DNA from: an uncultured virus (IMG/VR IMGVR_UViG_3300042319_002819) | Taxonomy: Duplodnaviria > Heunggongvirae > Uroviricota > Caudoviricetes | Direction: 5' to 3' (one strand) | DNA length: 20,000 bases | IMG/VR virus record: IMGVR_UViG_3300042319_002819 | In this document: one piece after another, positions 1 to 8,019 of the stretch | Layout: each line of letters begins with the position of its first letter | How positions within the stretch are numbered: position 1 is the stretch's first letter | Notes under the pieces: generated by a model | What the model was told of the DNA's origin: nothing | Databases searched by the model: none | The model's input: the letters and a program-made list of their open reading frames with translations, nothing else | Made by a program: the position numbers and the translations under genes

Positions 1-58
1 CGGTGACACCGGAACTGTGGAAAAATTTCGTAAACTAGTCAATATCAGCAACAACTGA
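1..58 (+). CDS. 3' end of an upstream gene (partial, ...GDTGTVEKFRKLVNISNN*)
   Basis: Open frame from position 2 to TGA at 56-58, on the same strand as all following genes. Confidence 0.5.
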   Translation, partial: GDTGTVEKFRKLVNISNN

Positions 59-68
59 TTGGAAAATA

Positions 69-239
69 ATGAGTAAAACATTTACAATAACTCTAGAAGA
101 AGATCCCGAAACCGGTGATTTAATTCTACCATTGCCACAAGAATTGTTGGATGATGCAGGCTGGGCCGAGGGAGATGTACTAAACTGGGAAGATAACAAA
201 GACGGTTCCTGGAGCCTGACCAAGAAAGATATCGAATGA
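69..239 (+). CDS. AbrB/MazE/SpoVT-family small DNA-binding protein (56 aa, not in ORF track)
   Basis: Manual translation MSKTFTITLEEDPETGDLILPLPQELLDDAGWAEGDVLNWEDNKDGSWSLTKKDIE contains the L-x-LP-x-E-(x)4-GW-x-EGD-x-L swapped-hairpin pattern. The stop overlaps the next ATG (ATGA). Confidence 0.75.
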   Translation: MSKTFTITLEEDPETGDLILPLPQELLDDAGWAEGDVLNWEDNKDGSWSLTKKDIE

Positions 240-967
240 AAATTTATATTGGCAAATATCGAGATCACTGGATCTCACCCTACACCATGTTGGATTACAT
301 GTTCTTCTGGACAGACTGGTCAAAGTGCGCTCGCTGGAAACTTCAGCAAACCTTGGAAGATGAAAGCCGAGCCAAGTCTGTCTACGTGGAACGACCTGAC
401 TGGTGCGAACCGTGGAGCGACCGTCTTGAACCCATTAGCAAGGCAATTCAGTGGGTGCTAGACCTTGTGCATCCTAAAATTGACTATGTGAAGATTGACT
501 ACTGGGACACCTGGAGCATGGACCATACCTTGAGTCCCATTATCCTGCCCATGTTGAAACAACTCAAAGAAAAAAAACACGGCGCCCCGTTTGTGGACGA
601 TGAAGATGTGCCCGAAGGCCTTGGTCTGCGCAGTACTGAAGCACCTGCCAAGGAAAACGAATGGGACACTGATGCCAATCACTTCCTGCGTTGGGACTGG
701 GTCATGGGCGAAATGATCTTTGCGTTTGAGTGCAAGGTGGATGACAGTTGGCAAGATGCTTACCGTTCAGGCGAAATTGACTGGATCAGCGTTCCCGTGG
801 ATGCTGCCGGCAACGAAGTTGCCAAAGGCGAGCACAAGTACTTTCAAATGAAAGATGGTCCTAAAAATACCTACAAATGCGACTATGAAGGCATGAAGAA
901 GGTTGAAGACCGTATTCAAAACGGTTTTCGCTTGTTTGGCAAATACTACCAGGCGCTGTGGGACTAA
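236..967 (+). CDS. Conserved phage hypothetical protein (Trp/Asp-rich, 243 aa)
   Basis: Long ORF coupled to both neighbours. The DTWSMDHTL and GFRLFGKYYQALWD motifs resemble a family I recall from large phages. Confidence 0.75.
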   Translation: MKIYIGKYRDHWISPYTMLDYMFFWTDWSKCARWKLQQTLEDESRAKSVYVERPDWCEPWSDRLEPISKAIQWVLDLVHPKIDYVKIDYWDTWSMDHTLSPIILPMLKQLKEKKHGAPFVDDEDVPEGLGLRSTEAPAKENEWDTDANHFLRWDWVMGEMIFAFECKVDDSWQDAYRSGEIDWISVPVDAAGNEVAKGEHKYFQMKDGPKNTYKCDYEGMKKVEDRIQNGFRLFGKYYQALWD

Positions 968-1194
968 TGTTACTGCAAATGCTGGAAGAATCTTCCAAGA
1001 CCCGTAATTTTGATCCAGTCACACAAAAACAATTTGATGACTGGCGTGTTGGCTATATATTTGATGGACTTCAAAACATAAGATATGGCCAAAGTTTTTG
1101 CAACACGTTTGACATCACCGACAGTATCTTGTTCTATGAACGAGATCCTGAATGGGCCGATGCTTACATTCGTAAAACCTACATTAAAGAATGA
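967..1194 (+). CDS. Hypothetical protein
   Basis: TAATG overlap gives ATG at 967 (the track used GTG 958). The stop overlaps the next start. Confidence 0.7.
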   Translation: MLLQMLEESSKTRNFDPVTQKQFDDWRVGYIFDGLQNIRYGQSFCNTFDITDSILFYERDPEWADAYIRKTYIKE

Positions 1195-1424
1195 TTAGCA
1201 CCTTAGAAATTCAATCTAGAAGTCAAGACAGTTTCAACTATGTGCGTGAAATTCATAAACCACATGGTGAATTGGATGCCATCTTAGATTGGTGCAAGGT
1301 TGAGCTGGCCAGCGAATGGCGCTGGCAATTGGTGGATGTGAGTTCAAACACACGTCCAGGACGATACATTTTTTACTTTGACAATGATCGCGACTGTGTG
1401 GCATTTACCATCAAATGGAGTTAA
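1191..1424 (+). CDS. Small hypothetical phage protein (W-C...F-x-x-x-W type)
   Basis: 77 aa ORF with ATGA overlap and C-terminal YFDNDRDCVAFTIKWS. Confidence 0.7.
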   Translation: MISTLEIQSRSQDSFNYVREIHKPHGELDAILDWCKVELASEWRWQLVDVSSNTRPGRYIFYFDNDRDCVAFTIKWS

Positions 1425-1437
1425 TTATCTCGATCAG

Positions 1438-1466
1438 TTGACAAGATAAACAGTAGGTATTACACT
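1438..1466 (+). promoter_or_regulatory. sigma70-type promoter for the hydrolase gene
   Basis: TTGACA (1438-1443), 17 bp spacer, TACACT (1461-1466) in an intergenic gap. Confidence 0.75.
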
Positions 1467-1571
1467 GTGCAACTTGCATACATAAACTTACGTCTGTAAA
1501 ATTTCACAAGAGCTTTTGTATATTTTCAGGCTCTTGGTGTGCGCAAGCACACTAACACAAAGGAGAAACCA

Positions 1572-2132
1572 ATGGAAAAATATATTAAATTATCACTACA
1601 AACTGTGGTGTTTTTAATAATTGCCACTTTCGGCATATCACTGATCAACGCAGTAACCCAAAACAAACTAAACCGCCTGGCCGAAGTTGATTTTAGTTCA
1701 GTAACAACAATTGGCGAATTTAAAACAGCTCTCAAGGACAAAGAGCGTAGGCTACAATGCATGACCCAGAACATCTACTGGGAGGCTGCCAGTGAACCTG
1801 CTGAAGGAAAGCTGGCAGTGGCACAGATTGTAATGAACCGAGTAGAGAGTGGAAAGTTTCCCAACGATCCATGTCAAGTTGTGCATCAAAAGAACATAGT
1901 GTACGAACGAGTGCTGTGCCAATTTAGTTGGTACTGTGAGCAGAATTTCAAGACTCGACCCATTCATAAAAAGCTTTGGCTTGAGAGTGAAGAAGCCGCA
2001 AAGATGGTGATGTTTGATGGGTTCAGAATCCCTGAACTCAAAGACGCACTGTATTATCATGCTGACTATGTCAACCCGCAATGGAACAAGAAGCAAGTGG
2101 CCAAAATTGGCCGACATATTTTTTACAAGTGA
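1572..2132 (+). CDS. SleB-like cell wall hydrolase (Hydrolase_2 family) with N-terminal membrane anchor or signal peptide
   Basis: AAGGAG SD before ATG 1572. Motifs: C-x3-IYWEA-x-x-E-x-x-EGKLAVAQ-x-x-NRV, QFSW, ALYYHADYVNP-x-W, IGRHIFY. Hydrophobic N-terminus. Confidence 0.92.
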   Translation: MEKYIKLSLQTVVFLIIATFGISLINAVTQNKLNRLAEVDFSSVTTIGEFKTALKDKERRLQCMTQNIYWEAASEPAEGKLAVAQIVMNRVESGKFPNDPCQVVHQKNIVYERVLCQFSWYCEQNFKTRPIHKKLWLESEEAAKMVMFDGFRIPELKDALYYHADYVNPQWNKKQVAKIGRHIFYK

Positions 2133-2139
2133 GACCTAA

Positions 2140-2445
2140 ATGAAAAACTTTGATATTGAACAAACTGTGACTACCATGCAATCTTATATTGCACCTATAT
2201 CAGCGGCCACCTTGAGTTGGTTGGCAGTGATACTATTTCATTCAGCCACCTTGCCAACCCTGATTGCTGTGCTCACCGGCCTCAGTGACCGTATGCCCAG
2301 TGTGGACATGGTATTGCTGACCTGGGCTGGACTCACTGCCATGTTTGCACAGGCAGTGGTACAACGCAACTTCCTCAACATTGTGACTATTGCTTTTGGA
2401 TTCATTATCCAGAGTAGTCTAATGGTGTTGATTTTCTTCAAGTAA
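2140..2445 (+). CDS. Small three-TM membrane protein, PQ-loop/SemiSWEET-like (holin-like role not excluded)
   Basis: Three hydrophobic segments, with LPT-L-x4-G-x4-PS-x-x-M spacing similar to the PQ-loop pattern. Confidence 0.55.
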   Translation: MKNFDIEQTVTTMQSYIAPISAATLSWLAVILFHSATLPTLIAVLTGLSDRMPSVDMVLLTWAGLTAMFAQAVVQRNFLNIVTIAFGFIIQSSLMVLIFFK

Positions 2446-2456
2446 TCTGTTATACT
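2428..2456 (+). promoter_or_regulatory. sigma70-type promoter with extended -10, probably leaderless for the methyltransferase
   Basis: TTGATT (2428-2433), 17 bp, TGtTATACT (-10 at 2451-2456). ATG follows at 2463. Confidence 0.6.
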
Positions 2457-2462
2457 TGTTAG

Positions 2463-3197
2463 ATGAACTTACATAGACTTTTAGACCGCATTGAAGAATG
2501 GTGGCGCTACCCACAGCCCACCCGTGTGCAGAAAACATTGTTGGGACTCTACACTGATGTCATTGACACTGAGTTTACCGCAACGAGATTGGCCAGTGAG
2601 GAATCGGCTCGTTATGTGCTAGAACACATGCGGGCAGTTCCAAACTTTCCCACTGACTATGACTTACATGAGTGGGTATGCAAAACACAGTTAGACAACA
2701 AACTTGGCTTGCGTGGTATGGTGCTTGAGTTTGGGGTGGCCACTGGGCGTACATTGAATCAATTTGCACATTGGTTACCGCACAAAATTGTACATGGATT
2801 TGATGGCTTTGAAGGCTTGCCCGAAGATTGGACATCAAGAATGCGCAAAGGTTTCTTTGCAAGAAGCAAGCTTCCTAGAGTTCGTGCCAACTGTGAATTG
2901 CATGTGGGTTGGTTTGACCAGACCCTGCCAGGCTTTGTTCAAGAACAGGGGTCCAGGCCTGTGCAATTGTTGCACGTGGATTGTGATTTGTATTCCAGTA
3001 CAAAAACAGTACTCAACCAATTAAAAGATAACATTGTGCCAGGCACAGTAATCATCTTTGATGAGTACATGAACTACCCTGGTTGGCAACTTGATGAATT
3101 CAAGGCCTGGCAAGAGCATTGTAAAATGTACGGAGTTAAATATGAGTACATTGGTAGGGTTTCCAAGCACCAAAAAGTAGCAGTAAGAGTGTTGTAA
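2463..3197 (+). CDS. Class I SAM-dependent O-methyltransferase, TylF/MycF/NovP-like
   Basis: LEFGVATG (motif I), FDGFEGLPEDW, GWFDQTLP, LHVDCDLYSST and IIFDEY motifs. Confidence 0.88.
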   Translation: MNLHRLLDRIEEWWRYPQPTRVQKTLLGLYTDVIDTEFTATRLASEESARYVLEHMRAVPNFPTDYDLHEWVCKTQLDNKLGLRGMVLEFGVATGRTLNQFAHWLPHKIVHGFDGFEGLPEDWTSRMRKGFFARSKLPRVRANCELHVGWFDQTLPGFVQEQGSRPVQLLHVDCDLYSSTKTVLNQLKDNIVPGTVIIFDEYMNYPGWQLDEFKAWQEHCKMYGVKYEYIGRVSKHQKVAVRVL

Positions 3198-3209
3198 AAA
3201 TACAACACT
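3188..3209. promoter_or_regulatory. Perfect inverted repeat AGTGTTGTA-AAAA-TACAACACT, putative operator
   Basis: 9 bp arms ending 7 bp before the -35 hexamer at 3217. The same motif recurs at 5481, 5517 and 11608. Confidence 0.7.
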
Positions 3210-3216
3210 GTGCTGG

Positions 3217-3246
3217 TTGACAACAATTGGCATTTTCGCATATAAT
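3217..3246 (+). promoter_or_regulatory. sigma70-type promoter
   Basis: ggTTGACA (3217-3222), 18 bp, TATAAT (3241-3246). Confidence 0.8.
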
Positions 3247-3341
3247 ATGCATACAGTAGGAAATTCTACTGGCTAACCTAAAAACAATGACGTGACATGG
3301 TGTCACAGATTTGAATGGTTACGAACGAAAGGTACTTTATT

Positions 3342-4532
3342 ATGGCCATCGCCAACATCTCCTATGCGGCTCAACGCAACGCCGTTTATCAAAACTCCTC
3401 CTCCAACCTTGTTGATCTAGTTCAACGTCTCAATGACACTGTTGCCGCAATGCCACTTCAGGCTCAGCGCAACTGGCAAGCCAAATTGGCCAAGGCCCTG
3501 GCAACATTCAAACGTAACAACCCTGGACTCAAGAGCATCAATGACCGCTCTAAGTTTCGTTTGTGCAAGAGCTTGATGGGCAAGCTCAAAGACATTCGAA
3601 TCGACACCACCATGCAACGTGAACCCAACTTGCAGTGGATTATCACCATTATTGAGAACTTCCGTGCATACCAAGCACAGCCTATTCAGGTATACGCCAC
3701 ACCCGATGGTGGATGGGGTGGGTGGGATGGACAGCACACCTCTCTGGCCTTGTTTCTGATTGCTGTGCACGGACTTGGCGAGCGTTTTGAAGATGTAGAA
3801 GTACCCATTAACATCTACGACATTGTGAGCCGTGGCGAGATTCGCGGTAACTTTATTCGTAACAACACTACCACTGGCAAGCAAGCCGGCAAAAAGTCCT
3901 TGGACATTATTGACTTGATTATGCAAATGATTTATGGCGTTGAAGTGGACGGTGTCACTGAACAAGAGTGGGTAGATGCACATGCCAAGTGGAAGGCTCT
4001 TGCTGATGCTGGCATGTTTATGACTGCCGACAAGTTCAACGACACTGAAGAAATTGGTGCTATCAGTCGCCTCAATGAGATCAACGACTCTAGTGTCAAT
4101 GTAATTAAACAATTTGCAGTTTATGGCAAGTATGTTGTGGACTTGCAAAAACGTTCTATTAATACCAAGGAAATTCCCATCATCATGGAATTCTTTAATC
4201 TGTGCGAACAGCAAGACATCGCATATACTGATGCTGAGATAGAAGACTTGGCTCAGCATTGTATTGACTTGTTTGATGCCAACTTTGATGCCAAAGGTCC
4301 ATTCTGGGACGTGGCTCATCAAGCCAGCATAAACGCCTGGAACAAGCACAACCGAGGCAAGGACAAGCGTGACTGGACTGACCCACCACGCAATAGCAAG
4401 AACGTGCCACAAGGTATTGCATTTTTCTGGCACCAATTGCAAAAGTCTTGGGTACCCACACAAGGTGCAGGCTTTAAGTTTCCCAAGCAACCCTTCTCTG
4501 TGTATCAACCTGACGCCAAGGACTTGTTCTAA
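3342..4532 (+). CDS. ParB/Srx-superfamily (DGQH-motif) protein
   Basis: GAAAGG SD before ATG 3342. IDTTMQR...F...PIQV...WDGQHT matches the ParB/DndB/DUF262-type QR...DGQ(H/Q) core. Confidence 0.65.
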   Translation: MAIANISYAAQRNAVYQNSSSNLVDLVQRLNDTVAAMPLQAQRNWQAKLAKALATFKRNNPGLKSINDRSKFRLCKSLMGKLKDIRIDTTMQREPNLQWIITIIENFRAYQAQPIQVYATPDGGWGGWDGQHTSLALFLIAVHGLGERFEDVEVPINIYDIVSRGEIRGNFIRNNTTTGKQAGKKSLDIIDLIMQMIYGVEVDGVTEQEWVDAHAKWKALADAGMFMTADKFNDTEEIGAISRLNEINDSSVNVIKQFAVYGKYVVDLQKRSINTKEIPIIMEFFNLCEQQDIAYTDAEIEDLAQHCIDLFDANFDAKGPFWDVAHQASINAWNKHNRGKDKRDWTDPPRNSKNVPQGIAFFWHQLQKSWVPTQGAGFKFPKQPFSVYQPDAKDLF

Positions 4533-4723
4533 TGAAAGTCACCAGAGTTGAACAACAACAAACCGCTTATCGTGCAGAGCAAGCTCGCTTGCAAGATCAA
4601 CGCAATGAACAATACCTGGCCAAAGCTGAACAGAAAAAGTTTGATGACATTGTTGCCGAACGAGTCAATAGAGCTAGACGCTTGGGCTTGGACCGAGGTC
4701 AAAATGTTGACATGGAGTGCTAA
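4532..4723 (+). CDS. Small helical hypothetical protein (63 aa)
   Basis: TAATG coupling to the upstream gene. Ends one base before ATG 4725. Confidence 0.65.
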   Translation: MKVTRVEQQQTAYRAEQARLQDQRNEQYLAKAEQKKFDDIVAERVNRARRLGLDRGQNVDMEC

Positions 4724-4724
4724 T

Positions 4725-5282
4725 ATGAAACTAATACCATTACAAGAACGTGTTACTAATTTTGCGCAAAAGAAACCCACACCTGTAAAACGTGGTGGTG
4801 CAAGCTATGATGAAACTCAGCAATTTTGCCGAAGTGAAATTGAGCGATATGTGGAAATGTATCGTCAACTAAAGGTAGAGGGCCAAACCGCACGTCTCAT
4901 CCGAGACCAAATTGATGTGTTGTTGCGACGATATCATGGCTATAGCATCAAAGAAAACATTGGCGCCCACTACTATGAAACTGGCTTGCCACATGGTACC
5001 AAGACAGACTTTGAGCACGTGATTCCAGCTTCTGTGGCTCGTGACTTGATATTGTTTGGTCGACTCACTGTAGACGAAGCTTTGAACATTCCCACTTGCC
5101 GGTTGAGTGCCGCCAAACATAAAAAATTGAACTCCACCAAGTTGGGGTCAACTACGCCCGACATCTATTGGTTTTGGCAACGCTACCAAGAACTTGGTAT
5201 CAAACTTGAGACCCATGATGGTGTTGAGATTGATGTCAGTACTTGGAATTTAGACAGTCACTATTCTTACTTTAAGGTATAA
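4725..5282 (+). CDS. Hypothetical protein with EHVIP motif, possible HNH/His-Me finger nuclease
   Basis: ATG 4725 is in frame with track ORF 4548. DFEHVIP...PTCRLS-x3-H-x-x-LN resembles a beta-beta-alpha-Me core. Confidence 0.55.
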   Translation: MKLIPLQERVTNFAQKKPTPVKRGGASYDETQQFCRSEIERYVEMYRQLKVEGQTARLIRDQIDVLLRRYHGYSIKENIGAHYYETGLPHGTKTDFEHVIPASVARDLILFGRLTVDEALNIPTCRLSAAKHKKLNSTKLGSTTPDIYWFWQRYQELGIKLETHDGVEIDVSTWNLDSHYSYFKV

Positions 5283-5286
5283 TATC

Positions 5287-5547
5287 ATGAGCAGACTTGC
5301 ATTATTTGGACGTCCCTGGGTTGTGTTTGATGCCACCAACAAAGATCATCGTAGATGGTTTGCAGAGTTTAACAAAAACTCTTCCTGGGCACACTGTCCG
5401 GTTCGTTTTGTAGTAGATGACGGCGATTTGATCACTATGATTCAGCGTCATTTGATTCAATACTATGTGGATCGAGAATTTGTTGTAAAAAAACAACACG
5501 ATTCCCGTGAGTGGCAAGTGGTAAAAAAACAACAAAAAAGAGGTTGA
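5287..5547 (+). CDS. Hypothetical phage protein; 3' end carries two operator-like repeats
   Basis: 86 aa ORF with RPWVVFDATNKDHR...WAHCPVRF. The C-terminus has VVKKQ twice, and its TGA lies in the next -35 box. Confidence 0.75.
   Translation: MSRLALFGRPWVVFDATNKDHRRWFAEFNKNSSWAHCPVRFVVDDGDLITMIQRHLIQYYVDREFVVKKQHDSREWQVVKKQQKRG
5481..5534. promoter_or_regulatory. Two tandem copies of the TGTTGT-N6-ACAACA motif, 36 bp apart
   Basis: TGTTGTAAAAAAACAACA (5481-5498) and AGTGGTAAAAAAACAACA (5517-5534). Confidence 0.7.
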
Positions 5548-5572
5548 CCAGAATTCCTGTATTTGCTATAAT
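5544..5572 (+). promoter_or_regulatory. sigma70-type promoter with extended -10
   Basis: ggTTGACC (5544-5549), 17 bp, TGcTATAAT (-10 at 5567-5572). Confidence 0.85.
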
Positions 5573-5602
5573 AGAGCTATAGTAAACAAACAGGAGTTGG
5601 TG

Positions 5603-6343
5603 ATGAACCCTAGTACGTACTTTACCCCGCAAAATGGTTACAATCCTCGCTATGGTAAACGCCATCACGGTACAAAGGCATCTGTGAAATCATTCAAGTA
5701 TTCAGTTGAAGATGTCTGGGGTGCGGCTGTGGCGGCACAACGTGTTAACGGCGAGTACGTCAAAGAAGATAAGATCAATATCAACGAAGATGGTTCTCAT
5801 GAAACTCTCAAGAAGCGCAATCGTGACATTATGATGGATTTCCTGGCTGTGCCCGGAACCATCACTGACGAAGATCGTGCAACTGGTCGTGAGTGCCGTA
5901 GATTCTTGCAAAATGATCTTACCTTCCGAGCTCTCAAAGGTCAGCTCAGTGCGTTTGATGCCAGTGTGAAACACACCGTTGCAGTCGAAGATGAATTTGA
6001 CAGTGTGCAACATCGACTGGAGCTGGCTGTGGTTGCATGCCTACCACAGAGCCATCAACGTTCATTAGTGCGCCAATCAATACAGGATCGTGTACGTAAT
6101 GCCAGCGGTGGCTATGTTGGCAATGTCAGCGACAAAGTCGCATTGGACGCAGAAGTTGTGAGTGCCAATTGGAGCAATATATACAACATTTTTTGGGTCA
6201 CCGCAATTACCCAAGATAACCGAGCTTTGTTTTTCAGCTACAAATCTCAGCTGAACTCGGGTGTCCAGGTCAAATTAGTTGGTACAGTGAAAGCTCACCG
6301 TGACAACAAAACCCAACTTAATCGTGTAAAGGTGATTGTGTGA
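5603..6343 (+). CDS. Hypothetical protein with probable C-terminal OB fold (nucleic-acid binding)
   Basis: AGGAG SD at 5592-5596 favours ATG 5603. The C-terminal YVG-x-V-x-DKV...G-x-VK-x-H...TQLNRVK pattern suggests an OB fold. Confidence 0.6.
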   Translation: MNPSTYFTPQNGYNPRYGKRHHGTKASVKSFKYSVEDVWGAAVAAQRVNGEYVKEDKININEDGSHETLKKRNRDIMMDFLAVPGTITDEDRATGRECRRFLQNDLTFRALKGQLSAFDASVKHTVAVEDEFDSVQHRLELAVVACLPQSHQRSLVRQSIQDRVRNASGGYVGNVSDKVALDAEVVSANWSNIYNIFWVTAITQDNRALFFSYKSQLNSGVQVKLVGTVKAHRDNKTQLNRVKVIV

Positions 6344-6570
6344 ATACAGAATTGATTCAGAAATTAAAGTCGCAATGTATTGTCCGTGAAGTACGTGGTA
6401 CCGATGCGTTTGACAATTATATGGTAGATCGGTTTGATACTGAAAAGTTTGCAGAACTGATTGTCAAAGAATGTGACCGTTATGCCCGTAGTGTATGGGA
6501 ACATGGTCCGTTGTTGGGTAGAGACTTGTTAATCCATTTTGGTGTTGAGGAGATAAAAGATGAACAGTAA
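6340..6570 (+). CDS. Small phage protein with EKFAELIVKEC motif
   Basis: GTG start overlapping the upstream TGA. Shares similarity with 12462-12677. Confidence 0.7.
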   Translation: MNTELIQKLKSQCIVREVRGTDAFDNYMVDRFDTEKFAELIVKECDRYARSVWEHGPLLGRDLLIHFGVEEIKDEQ

Positions 6571-6796
6571 ACCAATTACACTTACAAATCTTACGCCTCA
6601 TCAAGTTGATCTGTTGGATCACATGTGGAATCTTGAAAGCATGCAAGAAGTAGAAGAATGGCAGTCTACCTTGAGTGCCAGCGATCGTGTGATGAGTGAT
6701 ACACTGATGCGCATGGTGCTTCATGAAGTAGTCGAGGATCTTGTGGTAGAAGATCTAAGTTTGGCACGTGAATACTTGACAAGGTTTCGGCTGTGA
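6560..6796 (+). CDS. Hypothetical protein (acidic, helical)
   Basis: GAGGAG SD upstream and overlaps with neighbouring genes. Confidence 0.75.
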   Translation: MNSKPITLTNLTPHQVDLLDHMWNLESMQEVEEWQSTLSASDRVMSDTLMRMVLHEVVEDLVVEDLSLAREYLTRFRL

Positions 6797-7134
6797 ACTA
6801 CAAAGAACATCAATTCCTGGTTATGTGGGATTGTAACGGACTAGAATATGTAGCCGACATCACTGCTGATCACCAACGTGTGACCTGGGAAAAACTACAA
6901 GGCAAAGACAGTCCCAAACATGCCTATGCAAACCCATATCATTTGAAGCTCAGGGCACAGTTTAATTCTCAACGTCACTACGAGATCTATACATTTAATG
7001 CTGTAGAAGGTATTGGTGAGCAAGAAATTCGTGACATGTTTGAAAACAATCCGCAGATGGCCGCAGACACCATACGTGGAATAGGGCATTGCATCCATAG
7101 TGATCGTGCCAGGCAAGAAGTTGCAATACGATGA
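6793..7134 (+). CDS. Hypothetical phage protein
   Basis: 113 aa with GTGA overlap. Motifs MWDCNGLE and RAQFNSQRHYEIY. Confidence 0.75.
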   Translation: MNYKEHQFLVMWDCNGLEYVADITADHQRVTWEKLQGKDSPKHAYANPYHLKLRAQFNSQRHYEIYTFNAVEGIGEQEIRDMFENNPQMAADTIRGIGHCIHSDRARQEVAIR

Positions 7135-7595
7135 AGAAAATATACTATGAAAAAATTGGCCGTCGATATCATCCTGTTGCTGAGTATGATAATGATCTTT
7201 TGGACAGTTTCCCTAAAGGTAATCACTTGGTCATGTGTTACCCCGGGGGTTCATCCCGTAGGTTTAACGTGGAACCTGACTATGCCGCGATGATTGCTGC
7301 CGGGCGTGTGGCCGAAGAAGCTATTTGTGAAGTAATGCGCAAGGCCAGCGAATTGCGACCACAGCAGACTCCCATCACGCTGGGTCAAAAGAAAGCATGG
7401 GAAAAGTTGGCCAAAGAGTTTGGATCTGAGCTTGCTACATTATCTGGGTTATGCATCCGCGATTGTGCCGAAGCTGGTGTCAATGCCATGCAACTAGAAG
7501 CTGATAAATTACTCACCAATTCAGCAGTGAAGCTGGCCTACAATCACTTTTTAATGGTATGTGAATTAACCAAGGAGAATAAAAATGGGGCTTGA
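7131..7595 (+). CDS. Hypothetical phage protein
   Basis: 154 aa with ATGA overlap. Confidence 0.75.
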   Translation: MKKIYYEKIGRRYHPVAEYDNDLLDSFPKGNHLVMCYPGGSSRRFNVEPDYAAMIAAGRVAEEAICEVMRKASELRPQQTPITLGQKKAWEKLAKEFGSELATLSGLCIRDCAEAGVNAMQLEADKLLTNSAVKLAYNHFLMVCELTKENKNGA

Positions 7596-8013
7596 TATGT
7601 ATGCCTATGTTGCCACCAGAGCCGGGCAACAACGTGACTTTTATGAGAGTGCCGAATTTGACCAAGATTCCAAGGAATTTGTCAACAAGGTAGTATCCAA
7701 ACCACAGGAACTAGCTTATTGGCGCAAGCATCCTAACCTCCATGGTTGGATGGAACAACTGTGGCACAGTAAAAATGAGCCTGGTCTGCAAAGTCAAGAT
7801 CAAACTTTTAATGGCATTGAGCTAGAGCTAACATATGAGGACTTGGAGATACTAGAACTTGATGTCATTGCTGGCACACTACCTGGCACCTCGGGATTCT
7901 TTTTTGGCGACAATGCTGATGAACACTACAAGGAACAGGACCTGGAGTTTATTCGGAATGCTCGAGCAGAGTTGTTCATGGGATTAAAAGTATTTTATAA
8001 TTCTAGTTGGTAA
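7585..8013 (+). CDS. Conserved phage hypothetical protein (MGLDMY...YWRKHPNLHGWM...GFFFG family)
   Basis: AAGGAG SD. The motif set resembles a widespread uncharacterised phage family. Confidence 0.8.
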   Translation: MGLDMYAYVATRAGQQRDFYESAEFDQDSKEFVNKVVSKPQELAYWRKHPNLHGWMEQLWHSKNEPGLQSQDQTFNGIELELTYEDLEILELDVIAGTLPGTSGFFFGDNADEHYKEQDLEFIRNARAELFMGLKVFYNSSW

Positions 8014-8019
8014 CACTAT

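Noticed and set aside
3417..4508. 363 aa antisense ORF
   Set aside because: It is in exact codon register with the + strand DGQH gene, so it follows from the absence of TTA/CTA/TCA codons there. It shows no motifs or expression signals and every other gene is on the + strand.
4548..4724. N-terminal extension of track ORF 4548-5282
   Set aside because: It overlaps the coupled 4532-4723 gene. ATG 4725 directly after that stop is the more plausible start.
5278..5283. TATAAT before ORF 5287, and similar hexamers at 7996 and 16242
   Set aside because: No convincing -35 at the correct spacing, so they were not called as promoters.
5481..5534. Mini-CRISPR reading of the tandem 18 bp repeats
   Set aside because: There are only two imperfect short copies with an 18 bp gap and no cas genes. 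The promoter-linked dispersed copies fit an operator better.
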